A DNA stretch of 64,000 nt from Geosiphon pyriformis uo1 (Eukaryota; Fungi; Glomeromycota). The position numbers and the translations under genes are program-made. Positions 13,981 to 28,953 of the stretch are shown piece after piece (position 1 is the first letter of the stretch; each line of letters begins with the position of its first letter). The notes beneath the pieces are model-generated. The model was not told where the DNA came from and searched no databases. It saw only the letters and a list, made by a program, of their open reading frames with translations. The DNA lies in contig JAAOMT010000602.1 in the NCBI GenBank assembly GCA_016748015.1, positions 633,696-697,695 of the forward strand. The letters run 5' to 3'.

Positions 13981-14802
13981 CTAGTTCAAAGTAATCCAAA
14001 CTTTGGGACAAAAACATCAAGATTATTCATATATTGACGGGTAATTAAATTTGTCTTCCAGTTTCGCCATTGATTTATAAATGTTACCACAAATAGAAAG
14101 AAATGGTCCGAATATGTTTTGGATTTAGTTTTCAGTAGGTGAATACGTCTTTCACTTTTGACATCTTTATTATATTAAAAAGGACAATTCTGAAATCCCA
14201 TATTAAGTTTCTGCTATGAATTATTTTCTGAAAAATATTCCTTAATTAATGGATTTTCTAAAGTAGTAGTAATTCCCTCAAATATCAGGCAATTTCAACT
14301 TAAGAGTATTTAAACCTTGCAATATTCAACACTGATTCTAAATGGAGGAAATATATATTTAAATTGTACTACTTTTGGTTTTCCGCTGTTGCCCAGAAGT
14401 TTATATTTCCACCTTGAAGATAAAACAAAGAGTTTAGGGGTGGAAATTTAGGAATAAAAATTAAGGAAATAATATGAACTGTCTACGTATATATATATAT
14501 TTTGTATATCATATTAGTATGATACGATGAAAAATTGAAGATATAAAACAAAATGTGAGGCGAAGCCTCAAAAGCGCAAGCTATTACAAAACGATTAGGG
14601 GATGGGAAATATAAAACTAAACCAAAAAGTATGATATAGGATTAATTCTCGCGGCTATAGCGAGCAATAATATTTACACAGAAAAAGGATTTAGGGAGGT
14701 AAATCGTTGATATTCACAAATTTTTACAAATTTGGTGGTAGCCACCTAATAAGCGTACAATGGCGATGGATAAAATGCTTTATAGGCAAGGTGGCAGAAT
14801 AT

Positions 14803-15999
14803 TTACAAGCGAATGAATGCAGCAGCAGGCATAGGGCGATCGCCTACGCTCAAGCTCCTGCTTCTAACCCAACATGGAGGGTTGCTTTCTTCTCTGACAC
14901 TTTCAGTTTCGATTGGCTTGGATTTTCTTTGCTGATTGAAATCTATTTCAAAGGACTCGGACAGAGTTTGTCTGGAATCAATCGGCAAAGAGAGTGAAGC
15001 AACCATTTGTTTTTTCGGTTTTGGAAGAGAGTGACGATGCTGTGGGATCCGGTTATGAGCACCGTTTCTATTTTGACGACCGAGGAAAGGTGAATTTAGG
15101 GGCATTGGATTCTGGGTTCGACAAATAGGGGAGGCTGTCAAAACATGAAAAAGATTATTTTTTTAATGTTTCTGTTATCAATTTCATGGTTTTATCTTTC
15201 ATAAATGAAATTTGCTTACCTTGGAGAAAAGGGCCAGTGGTTTGACTAATAGGTATCATGAGTTTCAAACTTCCAGGTTCCACACCATTCAAATAATTGT
15301 TCCCATTGGATTCGTGAATTTCGGAAGATGGCCAACCATTTTCATTAATTTCAAAGGAAATCGAACGATCATGCCCTGATAAAGATTTTATGGCGTTGGC
15401 CGTTTCGTGATTGTTGTTCTGACGAGAATTCAATGGTGCAACATTTATATATGTCCCCGATTGATAAGTTTGAGGAGCATGAGTTACATTTGCAATGATT
15501 TCAAGAAATTCCGCATAGGCATCGCTTTCATCTTCAAAATCCTGGGTAAAGCTGGAAGAAAATAATCTGATTAAAAAACTTAAGAAATAAATATAAATCA
15601 TCATATATGAATAAAAAAATATATGTACCCCTTGGAATTTTCCTCAAGTTCAAATACATCTTCCAGATCCATATGCGCGGTCCAATCATAGTTCTCTTTT
15701 TGATTATTATCTGGCCCTGATAATATTCCGTTTCGTTTCATACCCTTTACGAGCTCTTCCATGCTAGTCGCAGAAGTTTCTAAGGTTTTTGTAGAAAACG
15801 TTGTTGACAAGGAGCTAGGACGCGCTGGTTCAGGCAAAAAAGGATGATGAACGATCGGATTGCGATACCGAACTGGAAGTTGTGTTGGTGTCGACTGGCA
15901 TCTACGTTCCAATGTTGAAGCGATAGAGGAAGCAATGAGACGTACTGATTTACGAGGGCGAGGGGCCAGTATTGTTTCAGAAGTTGAGTTTGTCTTCAT
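14803..15999 (-). CDS. Hypothetical Ser/Pro/Arg-rich protein, 3 exons
   Basis: ORFs 15601-15999, 15155-15604 and 14803-15141 join in frame through GT..CAG introns (~15552-15627, ~15135-15219); CpG-retaining genic composition; no recognised domain. Confidence 0.65.
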
Positions 16000-17094
16000 G
16001 ATGACGTTAGGATAGATTGATCGACCAAAAGAAAAGCTATGAAGAGGGGAGAATCACACGATCTCTGTTAAAAAGCGGGTATTACACTGGGAAAGGGACT
16101 GCTTTTATATAAGAGTTATATCAAAAGTAACACTATATGATCCTGGGCGTTTTGAAATGACCATAAACACTTGATTGTCTTTTGAAGTAATCACCAATCG
16201 GTTCTCTTTTTATAGTTAGACAAGTGACACCGAAGGAAAAACAATAGGATAATGCAAGCAATAAAAAGGAGAGTTGGATAATACTGCGTCATCGACCAAA
16301 AATGGTGGGCAAAACTAGTCTGAGCTGGGTGAATGATTCTCAGTTTCAATTCCGATGGTTGTTGGCTCGATGTTGAAAATGATATTTGGAGATCGACCCT
16401 GTATTATTATAACTCCTCTGGACCATTCTAATGTTCTTTGTCTATTTATTTATAGTAAAATTCATTCATTACCAAGTTGATATATCCAAGTTTCACGCTA
16501 TTTATGAAAATGTGGAAAAAAGCTTAACCTTTTGCATCAAGTTCTTTTACAGGCTTCATTATTTGTACTTTTCGACTGTTGAATTAAAAATTTCAAGTTA
16601 CTTTTATTTACCATTTATTATGTTTTACAATCATAGCTCTTATTGAAATATCACGTCGCCTTCAGGTAGACAATAATGGTGTCCTCACTATCGAGTCTCA
16701 ATCCAGATTTCTTAACTTTGGGAAAGATGGTTTTAATGATTAATCGTGACAAATAATGCGATTATATTTAAACCAAACGTTTCAAGAACGATAAATTGCA
16801 AGTGCCAAATGGTTACCAAAATAGAAAGTAAAATTGTGCTACCTGTTACAGACTCGAAGATTGTAGATAAATATTATAAATGTATTATTCTACTTTTAAT
16901 TTAGAGTTTTAATTCTTCGAAATAAATACTAAATTAAATTAATAATCAAATAAAATATTTCTTCCAAGAGATGAGGTTATTGATTTGATTAACCTAATGT
17001 TCGTGATAGCTCTAATAAAATACAGAATTTTCCAAAAACTTCCCAAGGAAGGAGTCATCAATAGGAAGAAGCTGCCAAAATTTCGATCATAATT

Positions 17095-18475
17095 TTACCT
17101 AACAATGATAAAAACCAGGAAGAAAAATATTATGATAGCAAATATTTTCACCATTAGCCATCGATTTGAAGAAATACTAGCATAATATTTTAGTAATTCT
17201 TTTTGAGCTCCTTCCACGTGTGTTTGTATATCTTCGGTATTGGCGTCGATCCTGGGGACAGTATTTTTTTTAATTAGATTATGATTGCATTAAATCAAAC
17301 TATTGAAAAAAATACCTCTGAACACTCTCCCTCTGTTCTGCAACCATTGTTGCTAACTGTTGGAAAATATTTCCCAATTCGGCTATTGTAGATTCTATGG
17401 ATTCTATAGCTGTGGCACGACTCTCGATATAATTGTCCTGGTTAAAGGATGGGAATGTTAAATTAATAGCATCTCAAAGAAAAATTCAAAAATTTCATTC
17501 CGAATTGCATATACTTGTTGTTCGATGAGCTGCAATTGTTGAGTCTGACCATTAGATGCCATGTCGAGGGCAAGAAAATCTCGATTTGATTGATCGTTAC
17601 GTCGTTCGATGTTGTATAAAGGAGAATCGGCTAGTAATAATTAATAGAAGTTTGAACCAGAAAATTACATGAAGCGACCCGAAATATTCCCAACTTACCA
17701 GAAGGAATATTAACCTGTTGTAAGTTGGAGAACATGAACTGCTCTTTTCTATCTTTACTTAGCTTCATATTCTTTAATATTGGGTAGGCTTTTTCAGTTT
17801 TCGTAAAATGGGTCAATTAAAATTTAGAATTTCAAAATTACATTCACCTGTGTCCTTATTTCCAATACATCCTTGAAACTCATACTCGTGTTCGCTAATT
17901 TCGATTGTAGCATAACAACAACGTTTGATGAATGCTCATCAGCCTGTTTGTTGCGCTTTTTGTGATCTCGAACATATTGTTGGAGCAGGGCTATTTGTTT
18001 ATTCAATTTTGCAATATCTTGCTTTATAATGAAAGTCAATTCCTGTCAAAGTATGTGAATTAGTACAATTATCAAAATTATGAAATAAGTGAAATAGTGG
18101 TCCTTACACTAATCTCTATAGGCCGATCGTCAAATAATGTTTTACGTTTAGCCACTTGTAAAAACAGAACGACCTTGACGCTAGAAACCATTTAGATGTC
18201 CTATTATAAAAAGAGTTACTTCCAGGAAGACACTTACATTTTGTCAATTTTTGTAGTTTGGCGGCGGTAACGTTGATGTCTCTACCGATAGCTGATGCCA
18301 TTCTTGCGAATTCACTCTTGTTTATTCTTTCATTGTTTCCACTCTTATTTTCAACCAGCAGTGGCCTTCGGTGCTCTAGATTTCTGGAATTGAAGGATCC
18401 TACACTACCAGACGCTCGCGATCGGATTGATTCAACCGCTGTGTGAAATTCCGAAGTTCTATCTTTCATTGACAT
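17095..18475 (-). CDS. SED5: Syntaxin-5 / Sed5 cis-Golgi t-SNARE, multi-exon
   Basis: MSMKDRTSEF (RDRTxEF Sly1-binding motif), KSEFARMASAIGRDI, ELTFIIKQDIAKLNKQIA, SFKDVLEIRT, SNARE motif IESTIAELGNIFQQLATMVAEQGE, C-terminal TM SNRWLMVKIF..; last codons could include a further small exon. Confidence 0.95.
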
Positions 18476-18776
18476 TATAAGCTTGAGCAACTTTTAAACT
18501 GTTCAATCAAATTAAAGCGAGAGTGTCAAAGGAAAGTTCAGGATATTTAAGGCTGGAGGATTCAGGGTAAAAAATTGTAGAAATAGAGGGCAGATGCACC
18601 TTGTGATAGCAACCTGTAATCTGATAGGTCACTAATTTGATAACGTGCAGAGATCTTTTTATTAAACGAAACCCACAGTCTCGGTATATACCCTCCTCCT
18701 GAAATTATTTTCAAAACTTTCCTAGTGTTTCTGCAAATTCTTCCTTACCGTTAATTGTATTCTTTCATTTATCAAA

Positions 18777-20442
18777 ATGGGTGGCGGTGATTTGGTGAGC
18801 CGCTCAATTCTGCTTCAATTATCTTTTTGCCAAGTTAAAGTCGTTAACTCATCAAACGCTTTTTCTTATGCAATCAGAACATGAAAAAATCCTGGCATCC
18901 CCTCTTGATTAAAAATCAAGAGAGGGTGTGGAAGGAAGAACAAAAGGCTTCGGAAGAACAGAAAAAGTTAGATCAACTGAAAAAGGAGAAAGAGGAGGAA
19001 AGGCAATGGCAAGAATTAAGGAGATTACAAGAAGAAGCTGGTGGAAAGTGGGTAACTTCTTGCTAATTCGAGAAAAGTTCACGACTTCAATAGCGCAAAA
19101 ATGTATCAATAAGTCTATAAGTGATTTTTCATTCTTTTTCTAAAGAAAAGGTACTGAGCGATTAGAATGGATGTATGCAGCAGGACCAAACCAGTCAAGC
19201 TCCGGTCGAGCTCAGGAAATGGAAGATTTTTTACTCGGAAAAAAGCGAGTTGATTCCCTTGTTTCTCAGGGAAACTCATTAAGCCAAGTAATTTGCACTG
19301 GAATATTAAAAATAAGAGGGATCTGAAAACCGAAAAATTAATACTTTGCTTAAATTATAATCTAAGCTTTCCACCGAATCTACCGACATATTTCTTAGTG
19401 CAATTAATCCAAATGCAAACACTTATAGAGATACACAATCGAAAATTCGCGAAGATCCATTGTTAATGATCAAGAAAATGGAGCAAAACAACATTAAAGC
19501 AATTGTCACTAATCCTATAAAGATGAAGGAATTAAAAGAGGTTTGTTGATGTAATTGTGATAAAGTACTTTATTCAAATAATAACTCAACATTGATACTA
19601 TCATTCTATTAACAGAAATCAAAGAAGGAAAATCATGAAAAGAAACACAAAAAAATGAAAAATGAAAAAATGGAATTTAGCCCTAAAGATGAAATAAATA
19701 GGGTAAGAAATAAAAGTCCATATAAGTCTAAACCTGAGAGGAAAAGGAGCGCCAGTCCTATCAATAGGATAGGTAAGAGACGTCGAGATGACTTTGGAGA
19801 CCGAAGCAATCATAGAGATGCTAATAATTATCAAAGAAATTCGGTATCTCGTTTGAAGAAACATGAACTTTTCACCAACGAATACGAGGAGCGAGACTCT
19901 TATGATAAACAAAGGCGAAGTAACTATGGCCGCAACCGATACAGCAGCACATCATTATCTCCACGAAGAAGGGAACGATATCCACATACCCAAATGTATG
20001 ATAAACATAGATCTCCTTTCGTGTCACCTCATAATTTGCAACGGTCACGAAATAGAGAAGAGGAAGATTCTAAAAAAACAATTAAAGATGAGGCACAAAA
20101 GCGACTTCAGGCTATGATGAATGATGCTGTACGACTTGATAATGAGCGTAAAGCACGCGTTGCAGAACTTGCGCGAGTAGAGAAAGAAGAAGAGAAGAGA
20201 TTTGAAGAACAAATGGCGAAAATGAAGGAAAACGGAGGCCATAGCGGACATTTGAGGTAAAGGAGTTAAATTTTTTTGCGAGAAACTTGTGTATTTAACT
20301 TGTTACTTCGATTTATCTAAAATGATTTTACTTCAATAGAAAATTATATAAAGAGGCTATATCATCTCCTCAAGCTTTAGATTTAGGGGGGCAGGTTAGA
20401 AAAGCTCGAAATATGTTGCAAAGAGACGCCGGCGAGGTTTAG
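18777..20442 (+). CDS. CWC25: Pre-mRNA splicing factor CWC25, multi-exon
   Basis: MGGGDL|[26 protein letters not shown]; ERLEWMY; [13 protein letters not shown]; RS-rich tail; final exon ends TAG 20442. Confidence 0.93.
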
Positions 20443-20533
20443 GTTTTGGAGGTAATTCGTCGCAGCCATCAAATTTAAATATATCTTCCTAAACCTCCAA
20501 CAAATTTCCCTAATTTTGCTTGTCGAGAGAATA

Positions 20534-21600
<1,067 letters not shown>

Positions 21601-22403
21601 TATTACCAAAGAACGTGCACGCGACTTGTAGTTAATCCTTGATGAGGATCGGCATAAAAAATGTAACTTAATACTTCAAAAAGCGATTAATCAACAAAGT
21701 TTCTTGAAAAATTTAGCTTGATTTGAATCTTGATTTAGACATTTCTATTGGAACGCCCAAAATCTAAACGAAACTTCGGGTCTTAAACCAAGCCATAAGA
21801 GGTATTTAAATAGAATCTAAATTATAAAAGAAAAAATCCAAGTAAAATATATCATAATATTAAATACTTCATTTAAATATTAATTTTTTCTTTTAACATC
21901 TCAAATTTAAAAAAGTATTAAATATGATTTTAGAAGAAAATTATAACAATAAAAGAAGTAGGTTTAATTTGAAATTTTATTATGGAAGGCCAAACCCCGC
22001 AGTTCGGGATTGTTTGTAATACTGCAGCTAATTATTAAAACGTGTGATGCATGTCATGATTCATATCGACCGCCGTTTTCCAAATCATTCATTGCGACAT
22101 TTGCAACAAATTCTCGCATGGTAAAAGTAGTTTATAAGCTAGACTAAAAGATAGGCCCTTACCATTCGTTTTTATCCCTATTATACAGAACCTTTCGGAA
22201 GAAATTATTAATAATAAATTACGTATATAAATTTATAAATTAATTGAGATATTCTTCTTGCATCTTAAATAAACATGCATGAATCATTTTATTTGCAAGA
22301 ATCCTCTCCCCCTGAAATTAAATATTTTTCCAACCCAAGAGCTAGGCCTGATATTAATAAACTGCAGTGACGATCTTGAGCTTGATACTATTATTAGAGA
22401 TCA

Positions 22404-22760
22404 TAATAATAATAATAATAATAATCATTCACTATTATTGATTCTATGCTAATGATTTTTACGGAGCATCATGATGGCATCATTCCTAGAAATCATAAAT
22501 CCTAACAGCTATTTGTGACAAGATTTCTGCGCGTTATTGTTATCAATTATACTTACAGCCGTCGTACGCATCCCATCCCATCCCATCTTTTCTAAATCTA
22601 TCTGCCACTTTGTCTCATACCACCTCCCCTCAAAATATCGCATGTGCCATAATACTTAGGCAACCCTTTTTCTGAAGGATTTCAAAACCTCTTTTTATCT
22701 GCGCGCACTTTGCTTCCTTTAAAAACCAACATCACCACAACAACAACAACAACAACAACA
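22404..22760. repeat. Short microsatellites (TAA)n ~22404-22424 and (CAA)n ~22737-22760 upstream of CK1
   Basis: Read directly from sequence. Confidence 0.8.
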
Positions 22761-23220
22761 TAAAAATACAAAGTAAAAATTATAACTTTGTTAAGAAAAC
22801 TTCACTCACTTAAGACTCTTTAGAGGAGCAATAAAGAACCTCACGAACTTATTCACCCACCACCATCCGACATCACCACCAACTTCGGGCTTGTCAATAC
22901 TCTGAAAATTACCTCTCCTCATCTTTTTTCGAATTGATTTCTTAGAGTGACAGGACTTTTCAAGTTTTCCACAGTCTTTTAACCAACCAGGTCAGCTGTT
23001 CATAACTCGTACTTTGGTACTCCGCAGGCAATATTATATCATATGTTTAGAAAAACTCATATATAATATATACTGCTGTACTCTCTTCTGTAATAGAACT
23101 CGGCTATAAAAGCACAAACTCTTCACACTCACTACCTTTCGACGCTTCAAGGCTTTCCCACATCTTTCTACAATCTTAAATCCAGACTTTTTAACCTTTC
23201 AACCCTAAATTTCCCTCAAG

Positions 23221-25180
23221 ATGGCAATGGATTTGAGGGTGGGAAATAAATATCGTATAGGTAGAAAAATCGGTTCCGGTTCATTTGGTGATATTTATCT
23301 TGGTAAGCATTCTTCAGAAATATCCATAATAATGAAAAACCTAAAAGCCATTTTGCGAAATAGGGCGATTTAAAGATAAAGAAAAACTTCTACAGAATCT
23401 TTTAAAATATCATAAGATTAATTGTGACCTAGAGCACTTAGCGAGGAAATATGTATTTCCATACCGTTTCTTTACCAAAAAAGACTAACTAAAATGACAT
23501 CCAGAAGTTAATTTGAGTATTGATACTAATCTTACAAAAATTCATTTAATTAGGTACCAATATTATTAACGGTGAAGAAGTTGCCATCAAACTTGAATCC
23601 ACTAAGGCTAAACACCCTCAACTTGAATATGAGGCTAAAGTCTATAAGACACTTGCAGGCGGTGTGGGCATTCCGTTTGTCCGCTGGTACGGCACCGAAT
23701 GCGATTATAACGCAATGGTGATCGATTTACTGGGTCCCTCTTTAGAGGACTTATTCAATTTCTGTAACCGAAAATTTTCATTGAAAACGGTATTGCTATT
23801 AGCTGATCAATTGGTAGGTTTCAGCTTTTAGCTTTCTATTCAAGTCTCTTTTGCGTCCTAATTATACTCTCTTTCTAATTAAAATTTCCATCACGAAAAT
23901 TAATTCATCTACTTCAAATAGATATCCCGCATTGAATATATACACTCCAAGAATTTCATTCATCGCGATATCAAACCCGATAATTTTTTGATGGGAATCG
24001 GCAAACGTGGCAATCAAGTCAACGTGATTGACTTTGGTCTTGCCAAAAAATATCGTGACCCAAAAACACATTTGCATATCCCTTACAGAGAAAATAAGAA
24101 TTTGACAGGGACAGCACGATATGCCAGTATTAATACTCATCTAGGAGTTGGTTCGTATCTTATTGATATCCACAATTGTTTTGAATCTTCTTCATCTTGA
24201 ATACATTTTTATTGGTATTTCACACTATACTTTTCAGAACAATCCCGACGTGATGATCTCGAGTCTCTCGGATATGTTATGATGTACTTTTGTCGTGGAT
24301 CACTTCCATGGCAAGGGCTTAAAGCCGCTACAAAAAAGCAAAAGTATGATCGTATAATGGAAAAAAAGATGACAACTCCAACAGAACTTTTGTGCCGCGG
24401 ATTTCCAAATGAATTTGCAATCTACTTGAATTATACTCGATCTCTCAGGTTTGATGATAAACCAGATTATAGTTATCTGAGAAAATTGTTTAGAGACCTA
24501 TTTGTCCGCGAAGGTTTTCAATACGATTATGTTTTTGACTGGACAATTTTCAAATATGTTAGTAATCCTCAATTCTGGTTAAAATTTGATTTAAAAAATA
24601 TATTCTCTAAAGTTTTGTCAAAAATTGTTACAAACACTTACTTAAAAAGGAAAAGGAAGCCAATAAGGTACACGCCCCATTACCAATTGCTGATGATACA
24701 CCTAATGACGAAGGGGATGAAGATCGTAAGGATAAGCGTCTCACCTCCTCTCGAGCAGCTAACGCTTCTACAACCCTGGTTGCTGATCCAACAGTCTCAT
24801 CCATGCGTCGCACTACCAAAGCACCGCTGCACGGTAACTCTGGTATCAGTTCCGCACGACCTTCTGCAGCATCGCCTGCTCAAGTTGTTTCAGGAAGTAC
24901 ATCGCGCTTAACTTCCGTCCCAAGGCGTAAAATGGCAATTGGACAAGAGACAAATGCAACCACATTAGATAATAATACTAGGGTGGCTGGCTCAGATCGA
25001 CTGTAAGCCTATAAACCTTGAAATTTTAATTCAAACTTAAAAATTGATCAACTGACTCGACTTTTTCCCTAAACAAGTCTTCGTAGTCAAACCAAGAATC
25101 AACCAGCACCTGCATATAACGTGAATTCTTTCCGTGTCAAAAGAGAAGATCCGCCTGGTGGAAATGGGCAATGGTATTGA
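23221..25180 (+). CDS. HRR25: Casein kinase I, Hrr25/Hhp1 (CK1 delta/epsilon-like), multi-exon
   Basis: [28 protein letters not shown]; [11 protein letters not shown]; [10 protein letters not shown]; HRDIKPDNF; IDFGLAK; [11 protein letters not shown]; [13 protein letters not shown]; LPWQGLKA; low-complexity tail ending GNGQWY*, no C-terminal CC of Yck1/2. Confidence 0.95.
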
Positions 25181-27108
25181 AGAGCAACGCGGTGAGCAAC
25201 AACAAAAAATACAATTCAAATAGTAATTTGATTTAAGCTATGGACATTTCAATTATTCGCTCCTTCCTATACCGCTTTTGATATTTTCTGACCCATCTTA
25301 ATTTCCCCATACGGGAAATAATATAGATTTCTATTTCTTTTTCTCTTTTCGCATCTAGTAGTTTATTGTTGTGGGTTTGCTTTAATTCAGCCAGATTGTT
25401 GCCGTACGGAAGGAAGGGCCGATAGATCACCGGAAGTACAGACAAGGGAGGCTAGGTGCCGATCGTACAGTGATAAACGCCTTTTTCTCAGTGTATTTCT
25501 TCAAAACAATGTAGCGTGTGGGTTCATCGGAAAAGAATCAGTGAGAAAAAGGAACATTTCTTTCTTTTCAGTATTCGACGAAATATATAATCTATACTGT
25601 ATACAGGACATACATATTCCTTTCCAGTTGAATAATATAGGCTTTCTAGAAAATGAAAGTGGGTGGTATGGCCTTAAAAATTTGAAAAAGCAACCTAAGC
25701 ATCAAATTTGGAAAACCTAGCAGATTGCTTTATAACAAAATTTAGACTATCAAATGATTTTTCGCTCTTCCCTTGTTACAAAACCCTTTTCTCTTAATGA
25801 CTATTTTTCGACTTTGTTTCGATATTGGTGAGCTTTTCTTCGGTTGATGAGTTAAATATTAGAGTTTGATGGGTAGATCCAAAGATTTGCGAAGGAGGGT
25901 TTTACCTTTCACTTTTCATCTTTTTTCCAATATTCCTTTCCTTTTTAATTAATTCCCTTTAGGATTACGATTTCTTCGCTCTTTTTATTTTCAATCATTC
26001 ACCCATTCCCTTCATTCCTTCCCTTTAAAGCCCAATCAGCCTCATTCATTTTTCTTTTCCCACAACTTTCAAATTTTGTGAGGTGTATGTACAAAATCGC
26101 AGCTATCATAACATTCATCTTGCTTTTCAGGATCACCTCGCATTTTGGCGTTATACTATTTTCTTTTTGAACCAAGATTTCCCTTATTTCCTCGCTTGGC
26201 ATTTTCTTTATGGCACACTTTTCTATGTTGTTGACGAAAGCACATCAATACCTTCCCCTCTTTTTAGTCATGTTCAGTGTAGAGAGTTCTCAATGTATTT
26301 TTTTCTTATTTTTCTTTTCATCATTTAAAAATATCATTATCTTTTTTTGTTGCCAAATTGCCCAAATCGTCAAAATTTAACCACACCAAAAAAACTTTTA
26401 CTTCATTAATCATTCGTGATTTGATGATAATTCTTGGGCACAAAATTTATTACAATGATTTGTATTTTAATAAAACATCATTTGTTGAAATTTCGAAATG
26501 TTATTATTGTTAATGGTGGACAATTATCAACATTCGATGCACTTTTATTCTTTTCATAATTTATTTGTGGGGATTGCGTGCCCAATCTGAAAACTTTAAT
26601 ATGCTATTATCATGGCTAGACTAATCATGATCTCGGGCACGGTCGTTAAGCCACTCTTGCCAAGTTTTCTGAGACGTCATCTTATTCCGAACTGAAGCTT
26701 TGTAGCCTTTAAAGTTCAGACCAAACCAGCGACAAGGTTTTAATCCAGCCAAATTTGTAATTTGTTTTAAATGGCGACAATTTTTGAGTTCAATCTTAAA
26801 TCCTGATTGATGATGTTTAAGAACTTCTAATATAAATACCAAAATATGTCTAAATTCCCGTCAAAACATAATTTTTGGATTATAGCAATTTGTACCAAAA
26901 CAGATATTTTTCACAGAATGGGAAATTATTAGGTGCTTTCGAAAGTAATATTTGTTGCTTCTTTTACCTAAAACGGATATTAGGGAAAATATGCGATTAG
27001 TTAGGATCTTGAAACGCCAAGTCTTGCATTAGCCCATCCTTCTATCACAAAGAACAATATTGATCCACGCAATCCCGTCACGAAAATTTCTATTCTTAGC
27101 GATTGAAA

Positions 27109-27881
27109 TCATTGAGCATCATCACGTTTCGAAATATATTCAATTGCGTCATTAACAGATAGAATTGAATCTGCATCTTTGTCAGGAATTTCAATGACAA
27201 ATTCTTCTTCAATAGCCATGACAACTTCGACGGTATCTAGGCTGTCTAGCCCAAGGTCATTCACAAATCGGGATTCCGAAGTAACCTGACGTTAGAAATG
27301 TGTTGCGCAGAAGGTTTTGTGGGGCATTGAGAGAAAATTTAGTTATAGTATATGAATTGTAGCTGAGAGTAAATTATAACTTGGAAGAGAACCGCACCCA
27401 GATATTTTTTGTTTGAAATCTATTGAGTAACCCCATATCTATTCATTTTCAACTGAATCCAGAATTATTAATCGATTTATAAATTACTTGGCATAATGAG
27501 ATAAATAATAAGACCCATAAGGGTGGCAAACATACAGCAGCAAAACTAAGGAGATCATGAGAAGAAATTTTGGCTGTATGTTGCAGTTATCGAACCCAAA
27601 GAGCTGAAATAGTTAAAAAGCGTAAATTATACCTTTTCAGGGTCAACTTTATCAAAATCTTTTAAAATTTGAATGATCCTGGCCTCAATATCTTCCCGAG
27701 TGGGGCTTCCTCCAGCAGAATAAAACCTCAACTGACCCCCGAATTGGGAACGCATTTGCATCTGAAGTGTTGCAGCTATCAAATTTCGAGATTGATTGAA
27801 AGAATGAGAAGTTCTGTGAAGAATTGAGAAACCTGCTGGACGAAAACGAAGAAATGGTTTTGTAGCTGTGATTTTGGACAT
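27109..27881 (-). CDS. ACP1: Mitochondrial acyl carrier protein (NDUFAB1/Acp1), 2 exons (27881-27633, 27285-27109)
   Basis: Arg/Ser-rich presequence, [41 protein letters not shown] (phosphopantetheine DSL site). Confidence 0.96.
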
Positions 27882-28746
27882 TTTTGTGAACAATTATTTA
27901 GGCTAGGAAGAAAGTTTCAAAGCTAACAATCTACGCAAAAATTTTGGTGATCTTATTTTTTAAATATGTGATGAGATTGACCACTGGCTCTTGTGGCTAA
28001 TGTGATTGATCTAGTATCAAAAAAGCCTATTAATTTAGTGGGTGTTAAGTTATTATTATTAGCTTTAAAGAATTGAAATTAAATATATAGTATTATTATA
28101 AAACGAAAAAAATATAATATAACTTATTATTAAAAATTGAAAAAGAAAATAGCGTGCTATTATTAATTACAATTAATAATTATACCTATTTATTTTAAAT
28201 GAAAATTGTTAAAAATTTTAAAATATTATTTTTTTAAAAATATAACTTAAATTAAAATAATTATTTAATAGATTTAATTTTAAAATAATTTTTTTTGAAA
28301 AATACATTTAATATAAGTTCTTAATTATTTTTCATTATTTTTATTAATAAGCATTATTTAATATTTAAATTGACCAAAAATTAATATTTTAATAATCTAA
28401 ATAACTTTTTATTTAAAAATTTTTGTAATACTGTATATATAAAATGTTTAAAAAATACATTTTTTAGATTAATATATTAATTTTAACAAATAAAAATAAA
28501 AATAAAACATAATATTAATTTTTAATAATAAATTTATATTATTATTAAATAAAAAGATTAATTTATAAATATAAAAAATAATAAATTAATTATTGTTTTT
28601 TTAATATTATAATTATTTTTGTAATTTTTTAATAACACTTAATAATTGATTGGTCAAATATTTATTTGAAAATCTACTTATTTTTCATGTCATTGCAAGC
28701 ATCAAATTAACATAGGGTATGTATTACACTATTGTAGTCAAAATTC

Positions 28747-28822
28747 ACGCGTCCCTGGAACCCTGCATAGCGCCACTATTATCACGCAAAAGTTGAAATG
28801 AGTCTTTTATATTACAACGCGT
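28747..28822. promoter_or_regulatory. Two MCB-like ACGCGT elements upstream of SMC6
   Basis: ACGCGT at 28747-28752 and 28817-28822, ~130-200 bp before the ATG; MCB boxes typify fungal G1/S and DNA-repair promoters. Confidence 0.5.
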
Positions 28823-28953
28823 CTGCCGCTTGAATTGTTCCTTCGGCGTCAGAGGGCATAGTTGGCAAGCAAATTTTTCTGCCTGCTTAAAAGAATAGCA
28901 GAAAGCAGATATACCATAATACTTGAATCACCTTGCTCTTCAAATCACCTATC

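Noticed and set aside
22991-23096. Possible 5' UTR intron of CK1 (CAG|GTCAG..TAATAG)
   Set aside because: Plausible but cannot be supported without transcript data
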